Shown here: positions 47,978-57,395 of the stretch, piece after piece
Layout: every line of letters begins with the position of its first letter
Position numbering within the stretch: the first letter of the stretch is position 1
Assembly (NCBI GenBank): GCA_934702375.1
Contig: CAKUYE010000001.1
Coordinates: 11,275 to 75,274, forward strand
Source of the DNA: an uncultured Bacillota bacterium
Lineage (GTDB): Bacteria; Bacillota; Dehalobacteriia; UBA7702
Length of the DNA stretch: 64,000 nt
Direction: 5' to 3'
The notes under the pieces: generated by a model
What the model was told of the DNA's origin: nothing
Seen by the model: only the letters and a program-made list of their open reading frames with translations
Databases searched by the model: none
Made by a program: the position numbers and the translations under genes

Positions 47978-48656
47978 CGTCTTTCACCTCCATTTTGGCA
48001 GCCAGAGTTAAAAGCCCCGCCTTTACCGTATCGTCACAGGTTTCGGCAGCAGCGCGAATAGCCGGTGCATAATCGTAGGCTTTGGCTTTTACCAGAGCAT
48101 GGGCTGCCTTCATCTTCCAGCGCCAATCCTCATTATCCAGATACTCTGCGATCAATGCACACCCCATGGGACAAGGCACAGAGGCCAGCACATCAAAGGC
48201 AGCCGTCCGTTCCTCATCATCCAAGGTTGGCAACATTTTCCCAACCTCGGCAGCGGTTTTTTCCGGGGCATCTTCACCGCAGACACTAAGATAGATAAGA
48301 CGCTGCGTAGGAGGCATATCATGAAAACATAACTTTAATAAGGCCGAAGTTTCCTCCGGATACTTTTGAAAGATTCGTTTCATATACGGTTGAATGCAGG
48401 GCTTATGCCCCATGGCAAAGGCATAAACTTCATTCTTGATCCGTTCCCAACCGTAGTCCAGGAACTCTTCTATCGCTGCTTCCGCCGTTAAGGGATCTGC
48501 TTTTCCGGCCAATGTATTCAATATTTTTTTATCAATCGGTGCGATATCTTCCGGAACACTCAGCTCCAGCCAAAGCAGCTCTTCCTTATCTTTTTTTTGC
48601 TCTTTGCGTTTAAAGAGGTTCCGAAACAACGATGTCATACCCATAAGCTTCCTCAC
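47970..48656 (-). CDS. hypothetical protein (alpha-helical repeat, HEAT-like)
   Basis: 228-aa ORF in operon-like tandem with the flanking minus-strand genes; no recognisable motif. Confidence 0.4.
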   Translation of the reverse strand: MRKLMGMTSLFRNLFKRKEQKKDKEELLWLELSVPEDIAPIDKKILNTLAGKADPLTAEAAIEEFLDYGWERIKNEVYAFAMGHKPCIQPYMKRIFQKYPEETSALLKLCFHDMPPTQRLIYLSVCGEDAPEKTAAEVGKMLPTLDDEERTAAFDVLASVPCPMGCALIAEYLDNEDWRWKMKAAHALVKAKAYDYAPAIRAAAETCDDTVKAGLLTLAAKMEVKDGD

Positions 48657-49072
48657 AATGTAATCACTTTATCAACAGAGTTCAATAATTCTATGATTTT
48701 ACCGGTAGATGCTGCGAAAAGCGGTGCAATCTCCTTTTCCCAACCATAAAGCCGCAAACTTTCTTCTGAGGCAAAAACCGTACTTCCATTTTTTTCCAGC
48801 TCTTGAAAAATCGGATTCAACACATGGCCGCGGCATAGAAAACCGGCAGCCCGATCCATCAAAATCACATACTTTGGATAACAGCGTTGATTCACCATGG
48901 AGGTAAAGAAATCAATCATCAGCTCCTTGCCTTTTTCGCCGCTGCCAATAGCATCTCCGGTAACGAAATAGCAAATACTGGGCGGAGCAGGTAAATCATC
49001 AATGGGCAAAAGATCAAAATCCTCTGCCGTTTCTTCCTGCCACTGCCGCAGCATGGGATCTTTAAAGGTCAT
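48653..49072 (-). CDS. DsrE/DsrF-like family protein (putative)
   Basis: 139 aa; CYFVTGDAIGSGE and conserved Cys pattern loosely resembling the DsrE/YchN fold; low certainty. Confidence 0.35.
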   Translation of the reverse strand: MTFKDPMLRQWQEETAEDFDLLPIDDLPAPPSICYFVTGDAIGSGEKGKELMIDFFTSMVNQRCYPKYVILMDRAAGFLCRGHVLNPIFQELEKNGSTVFASEESLRLYGWEKEIAPLFAASTGKIIELLNSVDKVITL

Positions 49073-49779
49073 GCGTTCTCATCTCCTTCAGTTTTCCCAC
49101 CTTTGCCATAACGGCATACGGCAATGCACCGACCACAGGTACGTTTACCAAAGGTCTGGCGTGTTTCCGTCAAAAAGGCATCGCAGCGTTTAAAATCAAA
49201 TCGTTGCGAAAGGTCATCCTTGGGGTTAAAGTTTTTCCCTAAAATGGCATGGGCCGGGCAGATATCCGTGCACAGGCGGCAGCTGCCGCATTGCTCCTCC
49301 ATGGGAGAATTGGCCTTCAACGGGGCATTGGTCAACACTGTACCCAATCGAAGCCGAGGGCCGGCCTCTTTCGTCACGAGAGCGCAGCTCTTGCCGATCC
49401 ATCCCAATCCACCGAGCTGAGCAGCCATGCGATGAGAGAAAGCACCGTTGTCCTTTGCTCCGGTACGCTGGGAAGCAGGGATAGGATAAGTATCGTACCC
49501 CATTTTCATCAACAGATTATTCAGCCGCAAACCGATCTCATTGATCAGAGCATTGGCAATATCGTAGTAAGCGAGGTAGGTATGTGTAGGATGCTCGATA
49601 ACCTCATCCACAACACGCTTGGGAAGATAAACACCAAAAGCAACGGCTCGCGTCAAACCATCAAAATGGTGTCCGTAAGCAGCCACAATATCATCATGCA
49701 CCGCTTCAAGATCTGCAACACCGCATAGATCTGCCCCCCATTTTTGCACATTTTCTTTTACAAGATCTGTAATATCCAT
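49069..49779 (-). CDS. 4Fe-4S cluster-binding protein, QueG/reductive-dehalogenase-related
   Basis: 236 aa; CGSCRLCTDICP and CGRCIAVC ferredoxin-type motifs in the C-terminal half. Confidence 0.45.
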   Translation of the reverse strand: MDITDLVKENVQKWGADLCGVADLEAVHDDIVAAYGHHFDGLTRAVAFGVYLPKRVVDEVIEHPTHTYLAYYDIANALINEIGLRLNNLLMKMGYDTYPIPASQRTGAKDNGAFSHRMAAQLGGLGWIGKSCALVTKEAGPRLRLGTVLTNAPLKANSPMEEQCGSCRLCTDICPAHAILGKNFNPKDDLSQRFDFKRCDAFLTETRQTFGKRTCGRCIAVCRYGKGGKTEGDENA

Positions 49780-51020
49780 CTTCTACACCTTCTCTTTTCT
49801 TCTTTTATCTTTTTTGTTTTTACGATTGACCGGGAAATCAAATATCCCAAAGGAACAGCGGAGATACTGAGCAAAGCACCCATTTTTGCGGCACCCAAAG
49901 CATCCTCCCCGGCAAAAGCAGCGTCACACATAAACAGAGAAACCGTCAACCCAACCCCGGCCACAATAGAGACAAGGAAAAGATCCCGGCCGGTCATGCC
50001 CTGAGGAAGAGGAAAACCCAATTTTCCGCCAAGAAGTCCGAAAAGAGAGATCCCAACGGTTTTTCCAACAAGAAGAGCGGCAACAATATACCAGGTCACC
50101 GGTGCCACGGAAGAAAGCAGCACACCGGCATTGACCAGCCCAAAGAAAAACAAACCGTAATCCACCACCGGCTTCCAGCTGCGATAAAAGGATTCCAAGG
50201 CAAAATAAGCCGTATCGGCAGGAACCGCCCCGGCAGAGACCATCAGCTCCTTGCGATGAACCGACGGCAAGAAAGGCACCACCAATACCAGAGCCAAAGC
50301 CGGCTCCAAATGGGCAAGATAAAGCCCCAGCCAGCAGGGAATACCGGCAAGAAGCAAATAAAATCCGTGATGAACCGTGTGCATGGATCGGAGCACATAA
50401 GCGATGATCATCCCCAAAACACACAGCGCCAGATAAGAAAGCTCCACCGTGGCGGCAGGATAGAAAATCCCGATAATCACCAGGCCCACAGCATCATCGG
50501 CTACGGCAAGAAGCAAAAGATACTTTACCCCGGGATGGTCGGCACCGAAAATCAGTTTTGCGCCAAGCCAGGCAATGGCAATATCCGTTGCCGTAACGAT
50601 GCCCCAACCATTGGCATAATCAAAGCCGTTAAAGACCCATAATAGCAGGAAAAAGACGAGAACCGGCCCTAAAACACCCCCGGCAGTAGCAAGGAGAGGA
50701 TTTACAGCCTTTGGTAAAGGATGCAGCGCCCCTCCGGGCCGCAAAGCCTCTACAATCTCGGCCATGGCAACGCCGAAAAACAGGGCCATAAAGACCTCTT
50801 TCACAAGGAAATGAATGGTAACATTGCCAAACAAAGAAAATTCAACAAAGTGATGGTAGCTGTCCGGGGCAAGATTTGCCCAAAACAGCGCAATTCCAAT
50901 GCCCAAAAGCAAAGGCAGGGAGTAAGCTTCCGCAAAAGCAAATATTTTTTTCACAGGCAGGTTCCTTTCGGTAAAATCAGTCCAATTGATTGATACGGCT
51001 GGCGGCACAAGCCGCGCCAA
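49758..51020 (-). CDS. nhaA: Na+/H+ antiporter NhaA (second paralog)
   Basis: 420 aa; recognisably homologous to the 27873-29102 product (YSLPLLLG, LLLAVADDAVGL). Confidence 0.8.
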   Translation of the reverse strand: MARLVPPAVSINWTDFTERNLPVKKIFAFAEAYSLPLLLGIGIALFWANLAPDSYHHFVEFSLFGNVTIHFLVKEVFMALFFGVAMAEIVEALRPGGALHPLPKAVNPLLATAGGVLGPVLVFFLLLWVFNGFDYANGWGIVTATDIAIAWLGAKLIFGADHPGVKYLLLLAVADDAVGLVIIGIFYPAATVELSYLALCVLGMIIAYVLRSMHTVHHGFYLLLAGIPCWLGLYLAHLEPALALVLVVPFLPSVHRKELMVSAGAVPADTAYFALESFYRSWKPVVDYGLFFFGLVNAGVLLSSVAPVTWYIVAALLVGKTVGISLFGLLGGKLGFPLPQGMTGRDLFLVSIVAGVGLTVSLFMCDAAFAGEDALGAAKMGALLSISAVPLGYLISRSIVKTKKIKEEKRRCRRWILQIL

Positions 51021-51732
51021 AGCCGTTATTGATATTTACTACCGTAACACCGGCAGCACAGGAATTGAGCATGGCAAGTAAGGCCGAGAGACCATGGAAG
51101 CTGGCGCCATAGCCCACATCGGTAGGCACGGCGATCAGGGGTTTTTTAACCAAGCCCCCCACAACGCTGGGCAAAGCACCATCCATACCGGCCACAACAA
51201 TCAGCACCCGGGCTTTTTCCAACTCTTCCTTATGGTGCAAAAGCCGATGAATACCGGCAACACCGGCATCGTAAATCCGCGTCACGGCATTTCCCATAAT
51301 TTCCGCTGTGAGGGCGGCTTCTTCCGCCACAAACAAATCCGAAGTGCCGGCGGATATCACAACAATATTACCTTTCCCTTCTTTCGGTTTTTTATAAATC
51401 ATCAGCAAACGGGAAAGAGCATGATACTCCGCTTCGGGAATCTGTGCGCAGATGCTGTCGGCAATTTCCCGGGAACAGCGGGTAGCCAAAACGTTTCCTT
51501 CAGAACGCTGCCAAAGCAATTTTATAATTTCCACCGCCTGCTCTGTGGTTTTGCCTTCGCAATACACCACCTCGGGGAAGCCGCCGCGGCGCTCCCGGTC
51601 GATATCCACCTTGGCAAAGCCCATATCCACAAAAGATGCTTTTTGCAAGTGCGATAGGATGATATCTTCTCCAATCTCACCGTTCTTAAACTTTGCCAAA
51701 AGAGCTTTCAATTCCTGATTTTCCATAACCAT
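50977..51732 (-). CDS. larB: nickel-pincer cofactor biosynthesis protein LarB (PurE-like carboxylase/hydrolase)
   Basis: 251 aa; C-terminal PurE/AIR-carboxylase-like fold (VVISAGTSD...VAGMDGALP), length and layout of LarB. Confidence 0.5.
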   Translation of the reverse strand: MVMENQELKALLAKFKNGEIGEDIILSHLQKASFVDMGFAKVDIDRERRGGFPEVVYCEGKTTEQAVEIIKLLWQRSEGNVLATRCSREIADSICAQIPEAEYHALSRLLMIYKKPKEGKGNIVVISAGTSDLFVAEEAALTAEIMGNAVTRIYDAGVAGIHRLLHHKEELEKARVLIVVAGMDGALPSVVGGLVKKPLIAVPTDVGYGASFHGLSALLAMLNSCAAGVTVVNINNGFGAACAASRINQLD

Positions 51733-51871
51733 ACCTCGAAAAAAATTTTCTACCTTATATTTTACATAAAATCCAAAGAATGTAAAGGCAAATCATTGTC
51801 AAAGCCGAAAAACTCCGCTATAATGAATAGAATATACCAAGTCAACATGACCATTTGCGAAAGGATACGCG

Positions 51872-52309
51872 ATGAAAGAAGTAACGATCTATACCGACGG
51901 CGCCTGCTCCGGGAATCCCGGCCCCGGGGGCTGGGGAGCCATATTGGAATTTAAAGGCATTGAAAAGGAGATTTCCGGTTTTGAGGCAAACACCACCAAC
52001 AACCGCATGGAGCTGACGGCGGCGGTAAAAGCCCTTTCCTTACTGAAGGAGGACTGCATCGTAAAGCTTTACAGCGACAGCGCCTACCTTGTAAACGGAT
52101 TCCAGCAAAAATGGATTCTGGGCTGGCAAAAAAACGGCTGGAAAAACAGTAAAAAAGAGCCGGTGCTCAACAGCGACCTTTGGAAGGAGCTGGTGGCACT
52201 GGATAAACGCCACCGCATCACCTGGATCAAGGTAAAAGGCCACAGCGACAATGTAAAAAACAACCGCTGCGACGAGCTGGCCACGGGAGAAATCAAAAAA
52301 CACCGCTAA
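51872..52309 (+). CDS. rnhA: ribonuclease HI
   Basis: 145 aa; IYTDGACSGNPGPGGWG start; DEDD catalytic residues pattern (TNNRMEL, DS.Y, D at C-term). Confidence 0.9.
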   Translation: MKEVTIYTDGACSGNPGPGGWGAILEFKGIEKEISGFEANTTNNRMELTAAVKALSLLKEDCIVKLYSDSAYLVNGFQQKWILGWQKNGWKNSKKEPVLNSDLWKELVALDKRHRITWIKVKGHSDNVKNNRCDELATGEIKKHR

Positions 52310-52419
52310 CGACAACCTCTGCCGATGAGGGAAATACCCAATACAACCGCAAAAAACCGGCCTCCGCAACATAACGGAAGCCGGTTCTTTTTATGCAACT
52401 GTAGGAAGCCCGGAGGCGA

Positions 52420-52869
52420 TTATTGAGAAAGGGAATGATCGATACCCTCCTGGTACACTCCAAGATCGTCAAAATAGGACCACCGACCATTGGTTCGCAG
52501 CATGGCCCAATGATTGACACATTCCTTTTCCGGCAGCAGATCCGATCCGCTGGCAACCTCACCACGATCGTACACGGCGGTGAGAATAAGGATATCTTCA
52601 TTGCCGGAGTCCTTTACGAAATCGGCATAGCGTTCCGGAGCCTCAAGGGTAAGCTCCTCTTCATAAATGATCTCCTTTAAGGTGCAATTTTCGGAGTGAT
52701 CGTAGAAATACTTCGTCAGAGCATCCATGGCTGCGGTAATTTCTTCTTCGGAATATACTTCCGAGGATGCGATGGTGTAAACCGGCTTTTCTTCCCCGGT
52801 TTTTTCTCCGCAGCCGCTGAGATAAACTACAGAAAGCAACAACAAAAGCAAGCAAATTCGTTTTCTCAT
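52420..52869 (-). CDS. lipoprotein, function unknown
   Basis: Signal peptide with lipobox LSGC; 149 aa. Confidence 0.55.
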   Translation of the reverse strand: MRKRICLLLLLLSVVYLSGCGEKTGEEKPVYTIASSEVYSEEEITAAMDALTKYFYDHSENCTLKEIIYEEELTLEAPERYADFVKDSGNEDILILTAVYDRGEVASGSDLLPEKECVNHWAMLRTNGRWSYFDDLGVYQEGIDHSLSQ

Positions 52870-53151
52870 CCTTCCACCTCCGGTTTCATTTCACCCATGG
52901 CTCATTCAAATTGTGTCAGTTCATCGGGGTCTGTAATGATTTTACTTGACGCCGCTACTTCCGACAGCACTTTTTCAACATCGTCTTTCAAGCTTCCTTC
53001 TGCAACAAACTGGAGAACATGAGAAGAGTTGTAATCTTTCATGTTGTTGCAATATACCTACAACGAAATCACAGTAATGTTCTATGCCGAATCGATAACT
53101 TTCATATAGCAAGAAAATTGTTTAACGATGCGAGAAAGGAACTTCAATCCA

Positions 53152-53796
53152 TCATAGGCCGGTATAAAAACCGCTAATCAAATAGTTTTCATCAACTTTA
53201 TCCACAACGACAATACAGCTAAAGGTCGTTTCATCCGGAGAAAGTGTACCATCCGGGGAGGGTTTCATATCAAATTGGCACGTATAGGCCAAAATTCCTT
53301 TTCCACTGTCAAAGGCAGATTCATCTAAAGTGCAGTCCGTAAGCTTTGCTTCGGCCATGCCAAAGACGCCATCCCGGAAATCCCATGCAGAGGTTTCGCC
53401 GGTGGAAAGGAGCTTCATTTCGTAAAAATCGCCGGCATTAAAATCGTCAAAAAAGGTTTCAATCACCTTTTTTCCGGCTTCGGCATCTTCCTTGGTGAGG
53501 CTGCCGTTATTCACCTTTAAGGTGCTGTTTTCGGCATCCCAATAGGCTTCCTTGCCCAGCTGCTCTGCAAAGGCACTTGCGGGGACATATACCACATCCT
53601 GATAAAGCACAGGATAAACCTCGTTGCCATCGGCATCGGTAAGCACTCTTTCTCCACCATCTACGATGATCTTCAGAGAAGATGCTTCGGTCACACCAGC
53701 ATCACTCTTTGCTGTTTCCGAAGAAGAGCAACCGGTAAAGGCCACCACCGCAATCAGAGATAAGGCAAGAGGAAACACACATTTTCGTAGCTTCAT
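53152..53796 (-). CDS. lipoprotein, function unknown
   Basis: Signal peptide with lipobox FTGC; 214 aa. Confidence 0.55.
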   Translation of the reverse strand: MKLRKCVFPLALSLIAVVAFTGCSSSETAKSDAGVTEASSLKIIVDGGERVLTDADGNEVYPVLYQDVVYVPASAFAEQLGKEAYWDAENSTLKVNNGSLTKEDAEAGKKVIETFFDDFNAGDFYEMKLLSTGETSAWDFRDGVFGMAEAKLTDCTLDESAFDSGKGILAYTCQFDMKPSPDGTLSPDETTFSCIVVVDKVDENYLISGFYTGL

Positions 53797-53951
53797 TTTC
53801 GAACCTCCTTTATTTCAAATATCTATAGGCATAATCCCTAGCCGCAATTCGATTATAAATACTCCAATTACAAATTGACAGTCAAATTAGATGAGAGCTT
53901 GTTTTTTATTTGAAGAGGTCCTTTTCGTTATTTAATCTCTTTGGAAAAAGA

Positions 53952-54455
53952 TTATTCTAACATAAGCAATTTTCTTATCCCAAATTTTTTTATCAAATAA
54001 CCAAAGCTAAAAGCGAAGAGAAAACAAAAAGAGTTTGCGATGATGCTAGTTGTTTCAGAATTCACCTCCAGCACTCCCATGATGTTAAACTTATCAATGT
54101 GAGAACCAATAAAATATTCAATAATCGGATAACTATTTTGATGCATTCCAAGTATACCAAAATAAATAATTTCGCCAATTGCATTGAAAAAAATAGGTAG
54201 ATTTCCCAGAAAAAAACTTTTTCTGAAATCATTTAATTCGCAGGCAAAACGATATCCAACAAAAGACCAATACGGAAGTATGGTAATAAAATACACAGCC
54301 AGGAAAAACACTATCAACTCAGTATTTCCTGCTGAAGATCCAGTATCAAAAGGAATCAGATAATCATCCCTATATCCAAAAGGAAAAAATGCAGGAATAA
54401 GCACAAGTACAGACAATCGCAAAATTTTAAAATTTTCACTAATATTGAAGATCAC
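53952..54455 (-). CDS. 4-TM membrane protein of unknown function (last gene of the agrDB transcript; candidate immunity or accessory protein)
   Basis: 167 aa; four hydrophobic helices; 18-nt gap to the upstream SLH-peptidase gene. Confidence 0.45.
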   Translation of the reverse strand: MIFNISENFKILRLSVLVLIPAFFPFGYRDDYLIPFDTGSSAGNTELIVFFLAVYFITILPYWSFVGYRFACELNDFRKSFFLGNLPIFFNAIGEIIYFGILGMHQNSYPIIEYFIGSHIDKFNIMGVLEVNSETTSIIANSFCFLFAFSFGYLIKKFGIRKLLMLE

Positions 54456-54473
54456 ATTATTGATCCTCCTTTG

Positions 54474-55772
54474 CTAAAACTTATATATTGCCGAAAATCC
54501 ATTATATACCCTATCATTCATTATATTTAGAGGCGTAATTATCGTCGGGTTTATATATCTAACAACACCTGTATTAGGATCTTTATAATATATTTTATAA
54601 TAAAATCCAGCTCCGTCGCGATAGCATTTGTATGCGAGTCCAGAACAATTTATTTTTTGCGTATTTGATAAGGGAGCCGTTGCACTCCAAGAATAGTTTC
54701 TACCTGCACCATTTACAAAATAAGTTTGACCATACCAAGCTGCGCTAACAGATACCTGACGGCAATTTGTATCGCCGTTGCAATATTCAGGAATTCTTCT
54801 TAAAACATACGTGTATCGATCACTATATCGATTAGCCCATGTTTGATATGAAACCTTTTGAACTCCCGAATCAACAATCTCAAGAATTCGGTCACCACAT
54901 GCCATCCCGATATGACCAAAATAGAATGTTCCATTAGTATACAGAATATCTCCATCAAGAAATTGGAATCCACCTCCAACAAAACCACTAGGAGAAATAA
55001 TGTTATTGAAAATTGGAGCATTCTTAAAATAATTGACAGAACTGGGATCATTTGCCAAATGCTCCATTTCATCCTGAGCAGCTTTAATTTCTGCATCTAA
55101 TTCTTCCTGATGTATTTCTATATATTGCTGCATTTCAAATCCTGATAAATAGAGGTAATAAATTGCGATCATTTTACATGCTTCGCTACGTTTTATGTTA
55201 CTTTTAGGATTGTAGTTTTGATTTTTGTCTCCACAAAGTATATCTGCAAGTTGTAGTTTTTCTATATCAATCTTCGCCCATTCCGAAATATTTGATTCAT
55301 CTTTAAAATGCATTTTTTCTTTAGGGTTGGGAAGTTGAAATTCATCAATCGTATTAACATGGCGTCCTAAAATAACCGCGGCTTCTTCGCGGGTTATTTT
55401 TTTGTTTGGCGCAAAAAAATTATTTCCCATACCTTGTACGATTTGACTATCATATGCCCATTGAACCGGTTTTGCATACCAGCTTTCATAGTTTACATCG
55501 TAAAAATCCGTTATGCCTGTGTACTGCGAGAAATCTATTTGCGAAACATTTGCCAAAATTTTTACAAATTCTGCCCGAGTAATATCATCATTAGGCATAA
55601 ATTCATTATTATTTACCCCAGATACAAAAAACCTTTCGGATAAAAGCGTAACATAATCGTAGAACCAATCTTGTTCTGTTACATCTTGAAAGGACGTAGT
55701 TTGAGCGAAAGTTGCAGATGAAAAGAAAGCGCAAAAGATAATTGCTAAAATAGAAATTGAAACTTTTTTCAT
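54474..55772 (-). CDS. secreted SLH-domain protein with C-terminal circularly permuted papain-fold (NlpC/P60-superfamily, YiiX/DUF830-like) peptidase domain
   Basis: Signal peptide; two SLH repeats (FQDV...W..YV and FPNDDITRAEFVKIL type); C-terminal region with His before Cys (GHIGMA ... NCSGLAYKCY), the order seen in permuted NlpC/P60 enzymes. Confidence 0.6.
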   Translation of the reverse strand: MKKVSISILAIIFCAFFSSATFAQTTSFQDVTEQDWFYDYVTLLSERFFVSGVNNNEFMPNDDITRAEFVKILANVSQIDFSQYTGITDFYDVNYESWYAKPVQWAYDSQIVQGMGNNFFAPNKKITREEAAVILGRHVNTIDEFQLPNPKEKMHFKDESNISEWAKIDIEKLQLADILCGDKNQNYNPKSNIKRSEACKMIAIYYLYLSGFEMQQYIEIHQEELDAEIKAAQDEMEHLANDPSSVNYFKNAPIFNNIISPSGFVGGGFQFLDGDILYTNGTFYFGHIGMACGDRILEIVDSGVQKVSYQTWANRYSDRYTYVLRRIPEYCNGDTNCRQVSVSAAWYGQTYFVNGAGRNYSWSATAPLSNTQKINCSGLAYKCYRDGAGFYYKIYYKDPNTGVVRYINPTIITPLNIMNDRVYNGFSAIYKF

Positions 55773-55822
55773 ATCTGTTCCTCCTAATTATAATATATTT
55801 TCTAAATTATATCAAGTTGATT

Positions 55823-56395
55823 TTACCAATATTTATTTTTGATATATCCCAAAATCAGCATTAAAACCATTGTAATAAACGCTGCAAAGATACATGTGCT
55901 GAGCGTGGTATAATTTATAAAGCATGCTATTATAAAAATGAATGTTTCGATGAATAAAAGATAACGTATTTGTTTTTTGAAAAAAAATTGTTCTTTTGTC
56001 GTAAAAGGTTTGTTTTTATCTTCCATTGGTGCTATGATAAAGATAACAGCAAAAGCAAGTATCATTCCGATACAGCAGACCACATCGCTTATCGCGAAAA
56101 AACGGATCGCCAACAGTATTGCTGTGATCAGAATTACAGAAAAAATGTAACATCTCCCGGGTGTTTCAGCATGGTATCCCCCTGCGTATATCCGAAGAGG
56201 AATATATGCCGCCAGATACAGTATCACCTCCATAACGGAATCAAGGAACAACCCGATCAACAGGGCGGTCAACAAATTGAAAAAAAGCACGACTCCCTGA
56301 TACATCCCATAACAATACAGATCCTTCATTTCCGATGTAATAATGCCGGTATCTATGAAACAATCACATAACTTAAGACACACTCTTTGAATCAT
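55823..56395 (-). CDS. agrB: accessory gene regulator protein B (AgrD-processing membrane peptidase)
   Basis: About 190 aa polytopic membrane protein; conserved PLRIYAGGYHAETPGRCYIFS block with the catalytic His and Cys of AgrB; ATGA start/stop overlap with agrD. Confidence 0.8.
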   Translation of the reverse strand: MIQRVCLKLCDCFIDTGIITSEMKDLYCYGMYQGVVLFFNLLTALLIGLFLDSVMEVILYLAAYIPLRIYAGGYHAETPGRCYIFSVILITAILLAIRFFAISDVVCCIGMILAFAVIFIIAPMEDKNKPFTTKEQFFFKKQIRYLLFIETFIFIIACFINYTTLSTCIFAAFITMVLMLILGYIKNKYW

Positions 56396-56544
56396 TTGCA
56401 ATTAATTTTGCTTAGCTTTTCTGCACCGGCAGGCAATTTGGGCTGATGCATAACAAATAAACATGCCGTGCTTGCATTAACGGCGGTTACAAAAAGTGCC
56501 AGACTTGCCATGATGCTACCGATTCGGTACATAAATTTTTTCAT
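56392..56544 (-). CDS. agrD: AgrD-like autoinducing peptide precursor (50 aa: MKKFMYRIGSIMASLALFVTAVNASTACLFVMHQPKLPAGAEKLSKINCK)
   Basis: Amphipathic N-terminal leader; central STACLFVM with Cys 5 residues before the HQP processing motif, the Clostridium perfringens-type AgrD pattern (SACLWFTHQPEEP); AGGAGG RBS upstream. Confidence 0.7.
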   Translation of the reverse strand: MKKFMYRIGSIMASLALFVTAVNASTACLFVMHQPKLPAGAEKLSKINCK

Positions 56545-56587
56545 TGTACAAATGCCTCCTGAACTTAGTTTTTCTGTTGGCATGTTC

Positions 56588-56654
56588 ATTATAAAGCATT
56601 TCTTTTCAGAAATGTCGGGAAATGTTGTGAATTGCAAATTTTTTGTTGAAATTT
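56588..56654 (-). promoter_or_regulatory. candidate autoregulated agr promoter: two LytTR-type direct repeats (TGTTGTGAATT / TGTTGAAATTT, 10-nt gap) upstream of a -10 TATAAT on the minus strand
   Basis: Imperfect 11-bp direct repeats at 56624-56634 and 56644-56654; -10 at 56588-56593 on the minus strand; geometry resembles the AgrA boxes of the staphylococcal P2/P3 promoters. Confidence 0.45.
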
Positions 56655-56675
56655 GTATGTTAGGAGGTAAAGCCT

Positions 56676-57380
56676 TTGTTTCATATTGCAGTTTGTGATG
56701 ACGAAAAAAATATTTGCGAGGAAATTCGCACTTTTGCTCAACGCTATGCTGAAGAAAAAACCTGTTCTGTAGATTGCAGCATATTCCTTTCCGGGGAGGC
56801 TCTTTATGAATCTCTGGCTAGAGGAAATTATTATGACGTAATCTTTCTGGACATTGAACTTTTTCACATCAGCGGTATTGAAATCGGGGAATATATCCGC
56901 CGGCAATTGAAGGATATGCTTTCCCAGATCGTATACATTTCCTCCCGTCCGGAATATGCCATGGAGCTTTTTGCAACGCATCCCTTGGATTTTTTAACAA
57001 AGCCGATTTCCTTTGAGAAATTTTCAGTCTGTTTAAATCAAACCGCAGAGCTAAAAAGTAAAAGAGGCGCATTTTTTTCTTATAACTGCCGGGGAGAATA
57101 TCGAAGAATCCCGTTATCCAATATCCTCTATTTTGAAAGCCAAAACCGCAAAATCTATGTAACAAGAATCAACGGAAAAGAAGAATATTACGGCAAACTC
57201 AACGATGTGGAAATGCAGGTAGATGATTATGGTTTTTTACGAATCCATAAATCTTTTATTGTAAACCCACAGTATGTAGATATTTACGGGAAAACAACCG
57301 TTACGATGAACAACGGAGATATCCTGCCTGTCAGCCGAGATAAACAAAAAGAAATTGCAGCTAAAATAATAGAAGTATAA
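56676..57380 (+). CDS. agrA: LytTR-family response regulator (AgrA-like)
   Basis: TTG start after AGGAGGT RBS; N-terminal receiver (CDDE, D at about 59) and C-terminal LytTR DNA-binding domain. Confidence 0.8.
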   Translation: MFHIAVCDDEKNICEEIRTFAQRYAEEKTCSVDCSIFLSGEALYESLARGNYYDVIFLDIELFHISGIEIGEYIRRQLKDMLSQIVYISSRPEYAMELFATHPLDFLTKPISFEKFSVCLNQTAELKSKRGAFFSYNCRGEYRRIPLSNILYFESQNRKIYVTRINGKEEYYGKLNDVEMQVDDYGFLRIHKSFIVNPQYVDIYGKTTVTMNNGDILPVSRDKQKEIAAKIIEV

Positions 57381-57395
57381 GTTTGGTGGTTTACG

